64,000 nucleotides of DNA, from the NCBI RefSeq assembly GCF_004010195.1, contig NC_057720.1:29165732-29229731 (forward strand). Direction: 5' to 3'. Position 1 is the stretch's first letter. Each line of letters begins with the position of its first letter. Position numbers and translations under genes: made by a program. Shown in pieces: positions 1-13,305 of this stretch. The notes beneath the pieces were generated by a model. It searched no databases and was not told the DNA's origin. It worked only from the letters and a program-made list of their open reading frames with translations. The stretch comes from Chiloscyllium plagiosum (lineage: Eukaryota).

Positions 1-240
1 TCTTCACTCAGAGAGTGGTGGCTGTGTGGAATGCTCTGCCCCAGAGGGCAGTGGAGGCCTAGTCTCTGGATTCATTTAAGAAAGAGTTGGATAGAGCTCT
101 CAAGGATTGTGGAATCAAGGGTTATGGAGATAAGGCAGGAACAGGATACTGATTAAGGATGATCAGCCATGATCATATTGAATGGTGGTGCAGGCTTGAA
201 GGGCAGAATAGATTACTCCTGCACCTATTGTCTATTGTCT
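1..240 (+). mobile_element. CR1-type LINE 3' end
   Basis: FFTQRVVAVWNALP-coding end of ORF2 followed by the GATCAGCCATGATC...GAATGG 3' UTR. Confidence 0.85.
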
Positions 241-1105
241 ATGCCCTCTAGTTCTGGACTCCCCGACCCCAGGGAAAAGACTTTGTCTATTTATCCTATC
301 CATGTCCCTCATAATTTTGTAAACCTCTATAAGGTCACCCCTCAGCCTCTGACGCTCCAGGGAAAACAGCCCCAGCCTGTTCAGCCTCTCCCTGTAGCTC
401 AGATACTCCAACCCTGGAACATCCTTGTCAATCTTTTCTGAACCCTTTCAAGTTTTACAACATCTTTCTGATAGGAAGGAGACCAGAATTGTATGCAATA
501 TTCCAATAGTGGCCTAACCAATGTCCTGTACAGCCACAACATGACCTCCCAACTCCTGTACTCAATACTCTGACCAATAAAGGAAAGCATACCAAATGCC
601 TTCTTCACTATCATAGCTACCTGCGACTCCACTTTCAAGGAGCTATGAACCTGCACTCCACGGTCTCTTTGTTCAGCAACACTCCCTAGGACCTTACCAT
701 TAAGTGAATAAGTGATGCTAAGATTTGCTTTCCCAAAATGCAGCACCTCGCATTTATCTGAATTAAGCTCCATCTGCCACTTCTCAGCTCATTGGCCCAT
801 CTGGTCCAGATCCTGTTGTAATCTGAGGTAACCCTCTTCGCTAGCCACTATTTTGGTGTCAAGTTTGGTGTCATCTGCAAACTTACTAACTGTACCTCTT
901 ATGCTCGCATCCAAATCATTTATGTAAATGACAAAAAGTAGAGGGCCCAGCATCGATCTTTATGGCACTCCACTGGTCACAGGCCTCCAGTCTGAAAAAC
1001 AACCCTCCACCACCACCCTCTTCCTTCTACCTTTGAGCCAGTTCTGTATCCAAATGGCTAGTTCTCCCTGTATTCCATGAGATCTAACCCTGCTAACCAG
1101 TCTTC
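240..1105 (-). mobile_element. CR1/HER1 LINE ORF2 (RT C-terminal) fragment
   Basis: ORF 399-773: KCEVLHFG...LVRPLLEYCIQFWSP...LERVQKR, typical of CR1 ORF2. Confidence 0.92.
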
Positions 1106-1667
1106 CTTCTGTCCTGATTGTTTTTGAGACTGCTAAACTGCACTGCTGATGCTACTGCTGTTTTTCTCTCTGAAAGAAACATGCACACCGATTGACTGTC
1201 CTGTTTTTCTAAAACAATTTGTTTCTGTCTCTGTCTCCATGTGTCAGAGGACACTATGTTGCTTGGTGATTTCACATCTTTTGATTCTCCCTTCCACACA
1301 TTTCTAAGGCAGTGAATTATTCAAAATCAGCATTTTAAAAAGCCTTATTTAAATGCACTTAAATAAATTTCAGGTTAGCCAACATCACTCACAAACTCAA
1401 AATGAAACTATGTCTCCCCTTCTTAACATAATAGAAAAAAATAAATTTAAAGCTATTCATGATTTTATTCACCTTTGAACCCATTGCCAAATAATAATAA
1501 CATATCTTGAACTTGCATCATACCTTCCTGTTGAAAAAGATACCTTTCAGTGGCATTTTTATGTTTCAATGTTTTCATTATATTTATTGTACTTATATAC
1601 ATTTTACTTTGACACTTAATGGTAGGGTTCACATTAAATGCACAAGGACTTTCCATAAAAATCATTT

Positions 1668-2180
1668 CTCTGAAACGTTCCGCAAGTAGGCGGCCTGTCT
1701 CCCCAATGTATAGGAGGCCACATCGGGTGCAGTGGATGTGTGTGGAGGTGCAGGAGAATTTATGACAGATATGGGAGGATCCCTTGGGGCCTTGGAGGGA
1801 AATGAGGGGGGAGGTGTGGGCGTAAGTTTTGCATTTCTTGCGGTCGCAGGGGAAGGTGCCGGGAGTGGAGGTTGGGTTGGTGGGGAGTGTGGACCTGACA
1901 AGGGAGTCGCAGAGGGAGTGGTCTTTCCAGAATGCTGATAGGGGAGGGGAGGGAAATATATCCTTGGTGTTGGGGTCTGTTTGGAGGTGGCGAAAATGAT
2001 GGAGGATGATACGATGTATCTGGAGGTTGGTGGGGTGGTAGGTGAGGACCAGTGGGGTTCTGTCCTGGTGGCGATTGGAGGGGCGGGGTTCAAGGGCGGA
2101 GGAGCGGGAAGTGGAGGAGATGTGGTGGAGAGCATCGTCAACCATGTCTGAGGGAAAATTATGGTCTTTGAAAAAGGAGG
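1668..2180 (-). mobile_element. Penelope-like element fragment (linker + GIY-YIG endonuclease start)
   Basis: ORF 1465-2145: RTPLVLTYHP...GTFPC..KKCKT...CTRCGLLYIGETGRLLAERFRE, containing the YIGET motif of the PLE GIY-YIG domain. Confidence 0.9.
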
Positions 2181-3854
2181 CGAAGGAATTGGGAATATAT
2201 TGGGATGGTGTTTTTATAGGGGGCAGGGTGGGAGGAGGTGTAATCTTTTCTTTTTAAGGGTTGTAGTCTTTGGAATTCCCTTCCTCAAAAGCCAGTGAAT
2301 ACAAATCTTTAGATGCTTTTAAGGCAGAAATAGTTAGATTCTTGATTACTAAGGGGATGAAAGATTTTCGAGGATAAGCAAGAATGTAAAGTTGAGGTTA
2401 ACGATCAGATCAGCCATGGTCTTATTGATTGCTGGAGCAGGCGTGAAAGGCTGGGTGGCCTAGTCTTATTCCTCGTTTGTAGGTCTTGATAAAGAATCTG
2501 ACATCACTACAACATCATCTTTTCTATCAGTGTGAATGATTTTCAATTTGTATGGTTGCACAATTAATTTTAAATGAGATAGTTGCAAATTATTGAAATG
2601 AAACCTTTCAAAAAAGGGGAGGATTATAATCTGTATAAACAACAGTTTCTGCAGAGTTGCTCGATCTGTAGACTTCAAAGTGTGGTCGAAGCATGCTCAA
2701 CTCAAAGTCTCTGTCTCCACTGCTGAATATTTCTTTTGATGTAAATTTAGCTTGAGAGAGAAAAAGCTGACTAACTGTTCAATCCCCATCTTGTCATTCT
2801 GTGATAACACTACACCAATGCATTGCATTATTGCTTAGCATAAATTGGTGCTGCTAAATCCAGTGTAGTAGTGAATGCAGAGTTTTAGTGATTAATGTAG
2901 CCCTCCAATCATAGAATTCGATATGAATCCACCTTTGTTACCATGTTGACATAATAAAAATTTATACACAATTATTATAGACCATCTGTTTTTGAACTAG
3001 GTTCAAATCCACATACTAAGGGAGCTCCAGTTACCAAGACTCAGTTCAATAATATAATTTGACCATACCAAAGTTGATTGTTTCCCTCACTTGAGCTAAT
3101 TTCTCTGGATTGAGTCTTTAAGGATGTTGTATATTGGGAACACATCTCCTACATTTACACTATTTAAAGCAAAATATAGTTTTTCTGGCCTATTTATAGA
3201 AATCAATTTAAAACTCTAAACTTTTCTGAATCATTCTGATAGTTTCTGAGAGAAATCATACTTTTACATCAAACTTTTCAAGCACTTGTGTATTATCCAA
3301 TTTGAATACTAAGTGTAAATTTTTGAATTTTCAATTTCGGATTCAATCTCAAATCATTGTGATATATTTATTTCATTCCTTATTTCTTTTACCACTGTAA
3401 GTACACTTGTTTACTTTTGATTTGATAAGGTCCAGTGAATCTTACTTTTAATGATTTCCCCACAGATAGCTAACATTGCTAATATCCTGTCTCCAACAAC
3501 AAGCTTCCAAGCTTTGACTTTTTTTCAATCACCTCCAGTTTTCATTGTTTGTTGACTACTTTTCAAATTCTTTTTGGCCAGCCCTCATGTTTCCCTTGGA
3601 AACTTGTTACGTAGACCAGGAGTTTAGTTTCAGAGATTATGTTTATATTTTTTTCTTTAATTAATTTAAGGAATTGACACACTTCATGTACATGTACTAG
3701 TACAAAACAACTGAATCCTGTGGACAGAGTAGTGGCATCCCTAATCACAAATATTATCAGATGAATTCATTAGCCCTAATCATTAAACAATCTTGACAGC
3801 AATCTGTAATGATAGATTTTTAAGTATAATGTTCATGGATGATAATCTAATTGG

Positions 3855-4390
3855 TCAGGTCATTTCTGGTATATTGTGTTCAATTCTGGTATCCCTGCTA
3901 TATGAAAGATGTTGTGAAACCTGAAAGGATTTAGAAAAGATTTACAAGCTTGTTGCCATGGTTGGAGGGTTTGAGCTACAGCGAGAGGCTGAATATGCTG
4001 GGGTTATTTTATTTGGAATGGTGGAGGCTGAGGGGTGATCTTATAGACATTTATAAAATCATGAGATGCATAGATAGGGTGAATAGTCAAGGTCTTTTCC
4101 CCAGGGTAGGGCAGCCCAAAACTAGAAATCATAGGTTTAAGGTGAGAAAGGAAAGATTTAAAAGGGACCTAAGGGGTAACCTTTTCATGTAGAAGGTAGT
4201 GCATGTATGGAATGAACTGCCTGAGGAAGTGGTGGAGGCTGGTACAATGACAACAGTTAAAAGGATGGGTTTAGAGGGATTTGGGCCAAATGCTAGCAGG
4301 TGGGACTAGATTAATGCAGATTATTTGGTTAGCATGGGCGAGTTGGACTGAACTATCTATTTCCATGCTGTTCCATGCTATGACTCTAAA
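3855..4390 (+). mobile_element. CR1/HER1 LINE 3' fragment
   Basis: ORF 3950-4192: LSYSERL..LGLF.LE..RLRGDLI..YKIM, followed by the CR1 3' UTR. Confidence 0.88.
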
Positions 4391-4724
4391 TATTGGGATG
4401 GAACAAAGAAATGTGGATTCTGGAAACCTGAACCAAAAATAAAAATTGATGGAGAAATTCAGCAAGTCCGGCAGCATCTGTGAAGAGAAACCATTATCTA
4501 CGTTTTGCGTCCAGTGACCCTTCTTCAGATTAATATTGGGGTCTGTGTTTAAACTGTAGCCTTGAACTCACAGCTTGTTGATTTTTACATGGCCATTTTC
4601 CCACATGTAAGTATCTGTGGGAGATATCATGGATTTTCCAGAACTGCAACATCTCTGATCTTTGGTATTTAATGCTCATCTAAGTAAATCATAAGGATTA
4701 GTGGAATCCTATTTCAGAATCAGA

Positions 4725-5076
4725 ACATAGAACATAGAACAGTACAGCACAGAACAGGCCCTTCAGCCCACGATGTTGTGCCGAACATTGATCCTCATGT
4801 ATGGTAAACCTAATGTACGAACCCTCAAATTTCTGTGACCATATGCATGTCCAGTAGTCTCTTAAATGTCCCCAGTGACCTCGCTTCCACAACTGCTGCT
4901 GGCAACGCATTCCATGCTCTCACAACTCTCTGCATAAAGAACCTGCCTCTGACATTCCTTCTAAACTTTCCGCCAAACAGCTTAAAACTATGACTCCTCG
5001 TTTTAACAATTTCTGCCCTAGGAAAAAGTCTCTGGCTATCAACTCTATCTATGCCTCTCATTATCTTGTACACCTC
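4725..5076 (-). mobile_element. CR1 LINE 3' end with (TTCTATG)n tail
   Basis: VYKIMRGIDRVDSQRLFP...FFMQRVVRAWNALP; tail repeats at 4723-4740. Confidence 0.88.
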
Positions 5077-5560
5077 AAATTCTTCCACAGTTATCATTTC
5101 CCTCATGTTCTCTTTTTTTCTTTAGCTTCAGTGGTCAAAACTACTGATCACACAACATTTCTTATACTGTTGCACATTCTACAAACTTCTGATTCTTTCT
5201 GCAAGCCCTGAATTTTAATAGGATAAACTTCAGGGACTACCTCAAAAACATAGTACATTTCCCACTTAAAAATTTCATGGTCTGCAGATTAGTCTTCTGA
5301 CAAACTAGTGTAGCTGTAGTTATTCATGACTGTCTGTAACATCAAGGTGCAAACATTTCTTGACGACTTCAACTTCACAGCCATCTTTCCAAATGAGGTG
5401 ATATATCTTTCAACTCCATCCACCGTATAATTAGACAGCAAGCACAGACTTTTAGGTAAATCAAATCCCTCACTGGAATCAGAATCATCCTCTGAGCAAC
5501 TATCTCTTCTTTCTTCCCTTACCCTAAGATTTTCTCTTGCCAATTCAAATCAATCAGACA
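5077..5560 (-). mobile_element. Degenerate Gmr1-like Gypsy gag (SCAN-related capsid) fragment
   Basis: FDLPKSLCLL...VERYITSFGKMAVKLK...TLMLQTV...YTSLSED ... MREMITVEEF parallels the gag at 62.0-62.5 kb (..FISFEKLA..W...LSDEESRDY...IILLEEFK). Stops and frameshifts present. Confidence 0.65.
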
Positions 5561-6029
5561 AGTTATTTTAAAATGTAAGATTTTAAAAACTGTAATTCTT
5601 TGGAGGCAAAGCTGTTTAAATTCCATTTCTTTTTCTTTCTCAGTCTTCTTTTTTCATTTTTCTTTCATTTCCTTAGTCCCCTCTTTCCAAAGACAAAACT
5701 GACATTTGGTTTGAATTCTACCAAAGCCACTCAGCTCCTTACCTTATTCCAGCTTTAGTCCAAACCTGGACAGAGGAGTTAAACTCTAGAGATGAGGTGA
5801 GAGTGACTGACCTCAACATCAAAATAGCATTTGACTATGACGTCACAGAACCCAAGCAAAGTCAGTTTCAACAGGAATCAGGGTGTAGTTCACTGCTGGT
5901 TGGAGTCAAAGCTGGCACAAAGAAATATGTATGTGGTGAAAACAAAAAAATGCTGACGTTCATAACAGGTCAGACAGCATCCATAGAGAGAGAGAGAGCA
6001 AACTAGCATTTTGAGTCTAGTTGACTATT

Positions 6030-7190
6030 GGCAACCAATCATCTCAGGCCCAGGACATCACTGCAGGATTTTCTTGGGGTAATTCCCTAACCAACCTTCA
6101 GCTATTTCATCAATTACATTCCCTCCATCATAACGTCTGAAGTGGGGAACACCATTCTCTCTAAGTTGCTTCCTGGCTGCATGGGTCTCTGTGGCTTGTG
6201 GGTAGAATGGCTTCTACACAGGAATCAACGATGTGACTGGCGTGCCATTACTTATCATCATGCACAAGTCATCAGGTTAGGTGCACACACCGTCAGCCAC
6301 ATGGTGAGAAAATGTGCAACCATCAGCAAAATGTTAAGCTCCCTTCGCGACTTCTCAGATACTGAAGCAGACATGGTCCAAATGCAGCAAGAAATAGACA
6401 ACCTTCAAACTTCAGTTAATAGTTGGAAGGTATTACCTTACAAATAGCAGGCAATGACCATCTCTAATAGGAGAGCATCTAGCCATCTTCCTCTGACATT
6501 CAATAGCATTATCATCAGTGAATTCCCCTTCATCAATATCCTGGGGTTATGATTGTCCAGAAAGCGATCTGGATTAACCATATAGTTACTGAGGTGACAA
6601 GAGCATGTCAGATACTAGGACATCTGTGACAGCTAACTCACCAATTGTTTCCCAAATATCTGTCCACCATCTGTAAGGCACAGGTCAGAACTGTGATCTT
6701 TGCTTGCTTGGATGAGTGCAGTTCCAACAACATTTACGAAACTCAACAATCCACTGCAAAGTAACCTACTTGTTGATCAGCACCCACTCCACTACAGCAA
6801 ACACTCATTCTCTCTACCACCAATGCCCAGTGGCAGAAATGTTTACAATCTACATGATGCATTGCAGGAACGTGTGGATACTCTTCCAACCTTCCAAACC
6901 TGTAGCCTTGACAACCTAGAAGGACAAGGGCAGAAGGTACATGGGAACACCACCACCTGTAAGTTTCTCTCCAAGTCACTCATCAACCTGAATTGGAACT
7001 ATATCACTGTCCCTTCACTGTTGCTGGATCAAAATCTTGTATCTTCCTTCCAACGATACTGTGGATGTTACCTACTTTACATGGTCTACACCTGTAAATG
7101 GTAACTCACTAGCAATTACCTGTAACTAAGGATCAGGATTAAATGCTAGCCGTGCCAGTGTTACATTCCATAGAAATGTAATAAAAAAAG
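6030..7190 (+). mobile_element. Old LINE RT/3' fragment of a second (non-HER1) CR1-group family
   Basis: Degenerate RT-like text (GACATCACTGCAGGA...TTCAGCTATTTCATCAATTACATTCCCTCCATCATA; QMQQEIDNLQT...W) and the 3' region ...GGGAACACCACCACCTGTAAGTT. Confidence 0.6.
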
Positions 7191-7599
7191 TGTGGGAGAT
7201 TTCTGCACAATAATAGTGATTCAAAGTTAGGCCTGTGATAAATGTTAAGTTGAAGAGAAATATGTAAATAGATATAGAATGGAATCCAACATAAACATTT
7301 AATCATTATTGTGAAATATTTATACCTGTTTTTGAGTTTTAAAACTTAGTTTATCCCTTATTTTGAAGAATAAGAGAAAACATTGTCAAGATTTTCACAA
7401 TACATTTTGATTAAATGGTGGAAACATGCTTTCCAGACTAGACAATTCTCCTGAGGCTTTCTAAGAGAAAAAGACATAAAAATTGTAGCAGCGTTATGAC
7501 AACAGAAAGGTAAATTACACATTCTAAGTGTATGCAAACTTTAGTTTTTTTGTGTGTAAGGGTTGTATTTTTGCCTCTGACGCACAAATATTGCAAATG

Positions 7600-8900
7600 T
7601 CACTTTTTTAAAGCATCGATGTATATTACAGCTGCTCAGTGTTTCAGTGAAAGCATTGTGCGAGGACTGTATTCACATAAATTAACTACTACCACTTTCT
7701 CATAACTGTTATCAGATGAATCTGACTGTTATATGAGATTTCAAAATGCTGAGTATTTTATAAAACTTGCGAGAGGCAGAATGCTAAGGGCGTGGCTCCT
7801 TGTCTTCTTTCACCCCGACATGCCTGGTCTGATGTTCGACAGTGGACGAAAATGAAGAAGGCTTAAAAATGACATTTAGCAGTTCGACAGCAAAATGTTT
7901 GGGCTGAAGTGGTGCTGAAACCACACTACCCTTTTACATCTTTGATAATTTGCTCCTTTCAATCGAGCCAAACATACCAAGGAACTATTTCCTTCAACAT
8001 TTTTAAAAACACAATACATTTATGTGGGGAAGGGGGTAAATTTGTCTCAGGATGTGACATCATCAACAGGAAAACAGGAGAGTAAGCAGCTCTGATGTAA
8101 CCCTCCCCTGTCCCAGCACTCTAGTGAAAAGTGTTAGATTGAGTATGCAGAGAGGAAAACACCAAACTGCGGTTGTGTTAAATTGAGCCTATAACAATAT
8201 CATCTCCTCCCCCCCCCCCCCCGTTCCAGCTTCCTGTAACAACTGTGAAGATCCTGCAGACGAGAGAGAGAGAGAAACACATTGTTGGGTAAGTGATGAA
8301 AGTTTCAAGTTTTTCGTACTAAAGTTCTATTCTATATCTGATTTTAAAAAAAAACTTCTTAAAGTGAAAAACTTACTGTTTTCATAATAAATGATCTAAA
8401 CGTGCCAGCTTTGTGAATACCAGCTGCAGGGAATCAACTGTCCATTTATCTGGAACGCAGGCTAAGCAGAAAGACAGCTGTTTCAGTCCGTTTAGACACA
8501 CAGTGAATTAACAACTTCTTTTCGCAATAAGAAAAGAAAGGGAGGGAGAACGACAACTTGCTTAAAATGTTAACAAGCCGAGAATGCTACTTTTATTTTT
8601 TCTTTAAAAAAGCACAGTTCTATCTCTAGGATTTCACAAATTATTACAATTGGATTTTTGCCCAAGGACACCAAACAGACACTATACGCTGGAGGAAACT
8701 GAATAGATAGGATACAGATCAAGATCCATGACCTTCCATACGAATTCCACCGTGCTATTATTTTACAAAAGAGCATAAAAATGTCAAAACTTGTGTCTGG
8801 TTGGCCAGGCGATGCCAATGAGGAGTAAAAAGGAAAGTGAAAACTGCCAGAATGCGTAAGTTTTTTTCAACGTGATGTATCTTGCTTCCTCCTTCTCCTT
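7600..8900 (+). promoter_or_regulatory. Candidate promoter / non-coding first exon(s) of MOB3C
   Basis: No recognisable transposon, visibly more CpGs than the flanks, GGGCGTGG box (~7788), ETS-like CAGGAA/CTTCCTG, poly-C and (GA)n tracts, + strand donors GTAAGT at 8289 and 8856. Confidence 0.45.
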
Positions 8901-9045
8901 GCATACAAAATCTAAATTCAAAATACTTTAAGTAATCACATGCTTTGTCAGACGCTAAGTAGGAATTAGCAAGAACAGCTAGATTTGACAGACGTGTTCA
9001 ATTTTGAAGAGACCTTTAAAATTAGGGCAGTTGCAGGAAGGTGGG

Positions 9046-9263
9046 TGAAATAACTGCATGAGGCCAGTAACCAATCACCAAGTCACCCTTTATTTACATG
9101 TGGCGAGTGCTTAACACTGATCCAGCTTTCTCTGAGGAAGCAGAACTCTGACACTCATCTTTTTATCTGTCAGTCAAGGCTCCCCGATTGAGGCTGGTAA
9201 CCTGGGGCAATCAGGGATCACATACTCAATGAGATCCATTCAGTCTTCATGCCAATCACTTCA
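9046..9263 (-). mobile_element. Short solo-LTR-like repeat (same family as 43654-43879)
   Basis: Reverse complement shares AATAAAGGGTGACTTGGTGA, CCCTGATTG...CAATCGGGGAGCCTTG and the GTTATTTCA end with 43654-43879. Confidence 0.6.
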
Positions 9264-9589
9264 CTGAAGTACCATAAGAAGGAGCTCCATAGTCTAGAGC
9301 CATGACAAATTTGGTGCCAATAGCAGAGTGAAGGGAAAGCCATGAAAACTCAACTAGAGGTCGACAAAGGGTAAATGTAAACTGTGACACAGAGGTTAGA
9401 TTGAATGAGCATTTTGTAGTCAAGGTGTTTGTGACTGGAGAGCTAATGGGGATCAGTGAGAATGGAATGACATGCACTGACCAATGGGTAAATACAGGTC
9501 TTCAGCCTGTCCCCTACAATTGTAACCATATATAATAAATGACTTGTATACTGTATACAACATCTATACCTTTAATAATTTATAGACAG

Positions 9590-10560
9590 AGTTATTGATG
9601 TGGAGTCCAAGGTGAACACATTGCAGGATACCAGAGAGGGGAACAGTCAGTTGGGAACTTTGATCCAGGCGACAATCATGCCCCTTAGGTTAGGAAATAG
9701 TGAAGATCTAGTGAGCGGGATGTATGCGTGTGTGATTCCAGCTAAAGTGCTGGAGGAATTAAACCTGGCCATTATCCAACATGAGATTCGTCTGGCCTGT
9801 GTGGATGAGGGCAAAATCTGCAGCTAGTGAACAAACGGGTCATGGCACTGGTGTACAGGAGGTAATTTAAGTAGGAGTTGAACAATAAATATCATGCCTA
9901 TTATGGACCGTTTAGACCGAGGACGTTTTAGTACCCTCTGTAGACATGAACAAGATTTTCAAATGTTATGCTGTCTGCTCAGTGCAGGGGTTGATGACAC
10001 CTTTTTATGGCTGGAGCAGAACCTGAAGCGGGAAAGTGAAAATCTAGGTGTTACGGTCCAGGTAGGAACCAATGACATTTAAAGAATAAGGGATGAGATA
10101 CTTCTGGGATAGTACTGTACACAAGCAAAATACTGGAAATTGGAAATATAAAACAAATACTGAGAACACCTATGTTCTGATGAAAGGTCATAGACCCGAA
10201 ATGTTAACTCTATTTCTTTCTTTACCAATGCTGCCAGAATTGCTGATTATTTCCAGCATAATCTGTGTTTACTTCTGTGGGGGAAGTTTGAACAGATAAG
10301 ATTAAAATGAATAACCTGAACCTCAGAAGATGATAATCTGTGGAATATTGGTGTATGTTAAACAGGCAAAACATTGAATATGTGGCTCAAAGAATGGTTG
10401 TGGAGACAGATTTTGATTTCAGTGGGCACAAGCCACCGGCACCGTTACTGGGAAAAGAGGGAACTGTTATGTTGGGACACATTTCACCAAATCTGGGCTA
10501 GGACCATGACTTGGGAAATTATACCATTACAGCTTTAAACTAATAAGTTAATTGTGAGCT
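9590..10560 (+). mobile_element. Degenerate CR1 ORF1 (SGNH/GDSL esterase domain) remnant
   Basis: ORF 9894-10082: MLCCLLSAGVDD...VTVQVGTNDI matches the CCLPGA...VHxGTNDI motif of CR1 ORF1 esterase. Interrupted by a PLE terminus at ~10120-10270. Confidence 0.7.
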
Positions 10561-10899
10561 TTCCATTGAGTATCTTAGAAATTCAGATAAAAAGGTAAGC
10601 AGCATTTCATCAATTTGGGTTGAGATGTTCAGAATATAAGAGACAAAAAGTTTAATAGTAATAGTGCATCAGTGAATAAGGCCAAATTATAGAAAAGTGA
10701 TATAAAGGTAAAAATGGTGAGTGTCTTATCTGAATGCATAAAATATTTGTGACAAATGAATGGCACATATAGTGCAAATTAATGAGTTTGACAGCTGTTA
10801 TGTGGCTGCATAGTGGCTAAGGTTAGAAACTACATATTTGAGGGTACTTGATGTTTTGAAAAGGCAGTCAAAATGGAAAAAAACTATAATTCCACAAGA

Positions 10900-11470
10900 A
10901 ATAGGAAGAAGAGTAGGCTGTTCGACTTATTGATCCTGCTCCGCCATTCAATGTGATCATATCTGATCCCACACTCCTCACATTTACTTTCCTGCACTTT
11001 CCCTTTAATCCTTGGTTCCCCTATTGATCAAGAATCTCACCCATAAATATACACATGGATGCTGTCCACCTCCCAGCACAGCTATGTGCGACTTGGAGTT
11101 CCAAAGACTATCAATACTCAGGGGAAATTCTTCCTCATCTCAGTTTTAGTTGATACCCTTAATTCTGAGACTATGCCCTCTGGTCCTAGACTCTCCCATG
11201 GGGGGAAAATGTCATCTCAGCACTTACTCTGTCAAGCCGCTTACGAATTCTTTATGGTTTGGTGAGATCACCTCTCATTATTTTAAATTCCGATGAGTGG
11301 AGTCCTAATCTGTCTATTCTTTGCTTATAAGTAAATCCCTTTGTACCAGGAATCATCCTCATGAACCTACTTGAACTGCCTCCTATTAAATAATATCTTA
11401 AATAAGAGGACCAAAACTGCTGACATTACTCCGGGTGTAGTCTCACCTTTTATACTCCAAACCCCTTGAA
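10900..11470 (-). mobile_element. Old CR1 3' fragment
   Basis: CCTGCTCCGCCATTCAAT 3' UTR and AAATTCTTCCTCATCTC/CCTCTGGTCCTAGACTCTCCC ORF2-end motifs, in reverse orientation. Confidence 0.75.
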
Positions 11471-11672
11471 GTAAATGGAGGAGGGTTAACTGACGGATGA
11501 CATAAAGACATTAAGGTGGAACAATCTTGGCTCAGCAGAACACCAAGTGCAATCAGTATAGTCACTTAAGAAGTAATAAATCTCAGAAAGGCAAAATATT
11601 AGCTCCCTAACAATAGCTATCCTGATTGATTAGTATACTGTCAATCTAAGAGCAGCTTGTATCAAAGATATG

Positions 11673-11970
11673 TAGAATCCCTACAGTGTGGAAGCAGGCC
11701 TTTTGGCCCATCGACCCTCCGAAGAGTAACCCACCAAGACCCATTCCCCTACCTTTATACCTACCCCTGATTAATGCCCCTTACCTATACATCCTTGAAC
11801 ACTATGGGCAACTTAGCATGGCCAGTTCACCTAACCTGCACATCTTTGGATTGTGGGAGGAAACACACGGGGAGAATGTGCAAACTCCACACAGCCTGAG
11901 GCTGGAATTGAACCTGGGTCCATGGCGCTGTGAGACAGCAATGCTAACCACTAAGCCACCGTGCCACCCC
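11673..11970 (-). mobile_element. HE1 (V-domain) SINE
   Basis: Reverse strand GGGTGGCACGGTGGCTTAGTGGTTAGCA (A box)...GGTTCAATTCC (B box), V-domain core and CR1-like tail. Confidence 0.9.
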
Positions 11971-12299
11971 TAAAATAATGCAATAATCACTGGAAACCTA
12001 AGTTTTCATACAAATTTAATAAACAAAATTAGCAAACACTAATTTGGAAGTAAAGTTCAAGGAAACTATTTTGGAACCAACAAGTAAAGCATTTATTTTA
12101 GATCTTGTTTTGTTTTTATGAGACAGAATAATCTGAAACTAAGGCATTCTCTGGAAAGAGTGATTACAGAATTTCACATTGAACTTGAGAGTTTAATAAA
12201 CAAATTCATTTTCATAATTAGAACTTAAAGTCAAGTCAAATACATAGAAACTTGGTAAATTAGGTAATGTAGTTTAGGAGATTAAACTGTATGACAATA

Positions 12300-12475
12300 G
12301 TCACAAGTTACACAACACCAGATGACAGCCAGACAGGTTTATTTGAAATCACAAACGTTTGGAGCAGTGTCTGACTGAATCTGATGAAGGGTTGTGATTC
12401 CAAATACACCTGTTAGGCTACAATCTGCATTCATGTGACTTCTGACCTTGTCCAACGCCAGCACCTCCACATCAT
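12300..12475. mobile_element. Penelope terminal-repeat hairpin remnant (family of 40875-41078)
   Basis: CACAACACCAG...ACAGGTTTATTTGAAATCACAA / TTGTGATTCCAAATACACCTGT inverted arms around CTGATGAAG. Confidence 0.6.
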
Positions 12476-12534
12476 CTATGACAATAGATGAGGAGTGGTG
12501 AACATTTTACAATAAATGTTTCATAATTCTCAAC

Positions 12535-13305
12535 AAATGCATTTTGGAAAAGCAAATTAGAGCAAGACTTATACACTTAATGGGAAGGCCCTGGGGAATA
12601 TTGCTGAACAAAGACACCTTGGAGTGCAGGTTCATAGTTCTCTGAAAGTGGAATCGCAGGTAGATAGGATAGAGAAGATGGTGTTTGGTATGCTTTCCTT
12701 TATTGGTCAGAGCATTGAGTACGGGAGTTGGGAGGACATTTTCCGGTTGTACAGGACACTGGTTAGGCCGCTTTTGGAATAATGCATGCAATTCTGGTCT
12801 CCTTCCTATTGGAAGGATGTTGTGAAACTTGAAAGCTTTCAGAAAAGATTTACAAGGATGTTGCCTGATTTGGAGGATTTGAATTATAGGATGAGGCTGA
12901 AAAGGCTGTGGTTGTTTTTCCTGGAGTGTCAGAGGCTGAGGGGTGATCTTTATAGAGGTTTATAAAATCATGAGCAGCATGGATAGTATAAATAGGCAAG
13001 GTCTTTTCCCTGGGGTGGAGGGAGTCCAGAATTAGATGGCATAGGTTTAGGGTGAGAGGGGAAAAAATTAAACTGGACCTAAGGGGCAATGTTTTCACAC
13101 AGAGGCTGGTGCGTGTATGGAATAAGCTGCCAGAGGAAGTGATAGAGGCTGCTACAATAAGAACATTTAAAAGGCATCTGGATGGGTATGTGAACAGGAA
13201 GGGTTTGGAGGAATATGGGCTGGTGGGACTAGATCGGGTTGGGATATCTGGTCAGCATGGATGAGTTGGACCGAAAGGACTGTTTTCGCGCTGTACATCT
13301 CTATA
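12535..13305 (+). mobile_element. CR1/HER1 LINE 3' fragment
   Basis: HFGK...; ORF 13052-13264 DLRGNVFTQRLVRVWNKLP...TFKRHLD; 3' UTR ending CTGTACATCTCTAT. Confidence 0.9.

Noticed and set aside
1662..2141. Pro/Thr-rich 159-aa ORF as a mucin-like gene
   Set aside because: Alternate frame of the C-rich Penelope fragment.
5289..5543. 84-aa acidic ORF as an exon of a neighbouring host gene
   Set aside because: It parallels Gypsy gag motifs and is followed by stops and frameshifts; no convincing splice sites.
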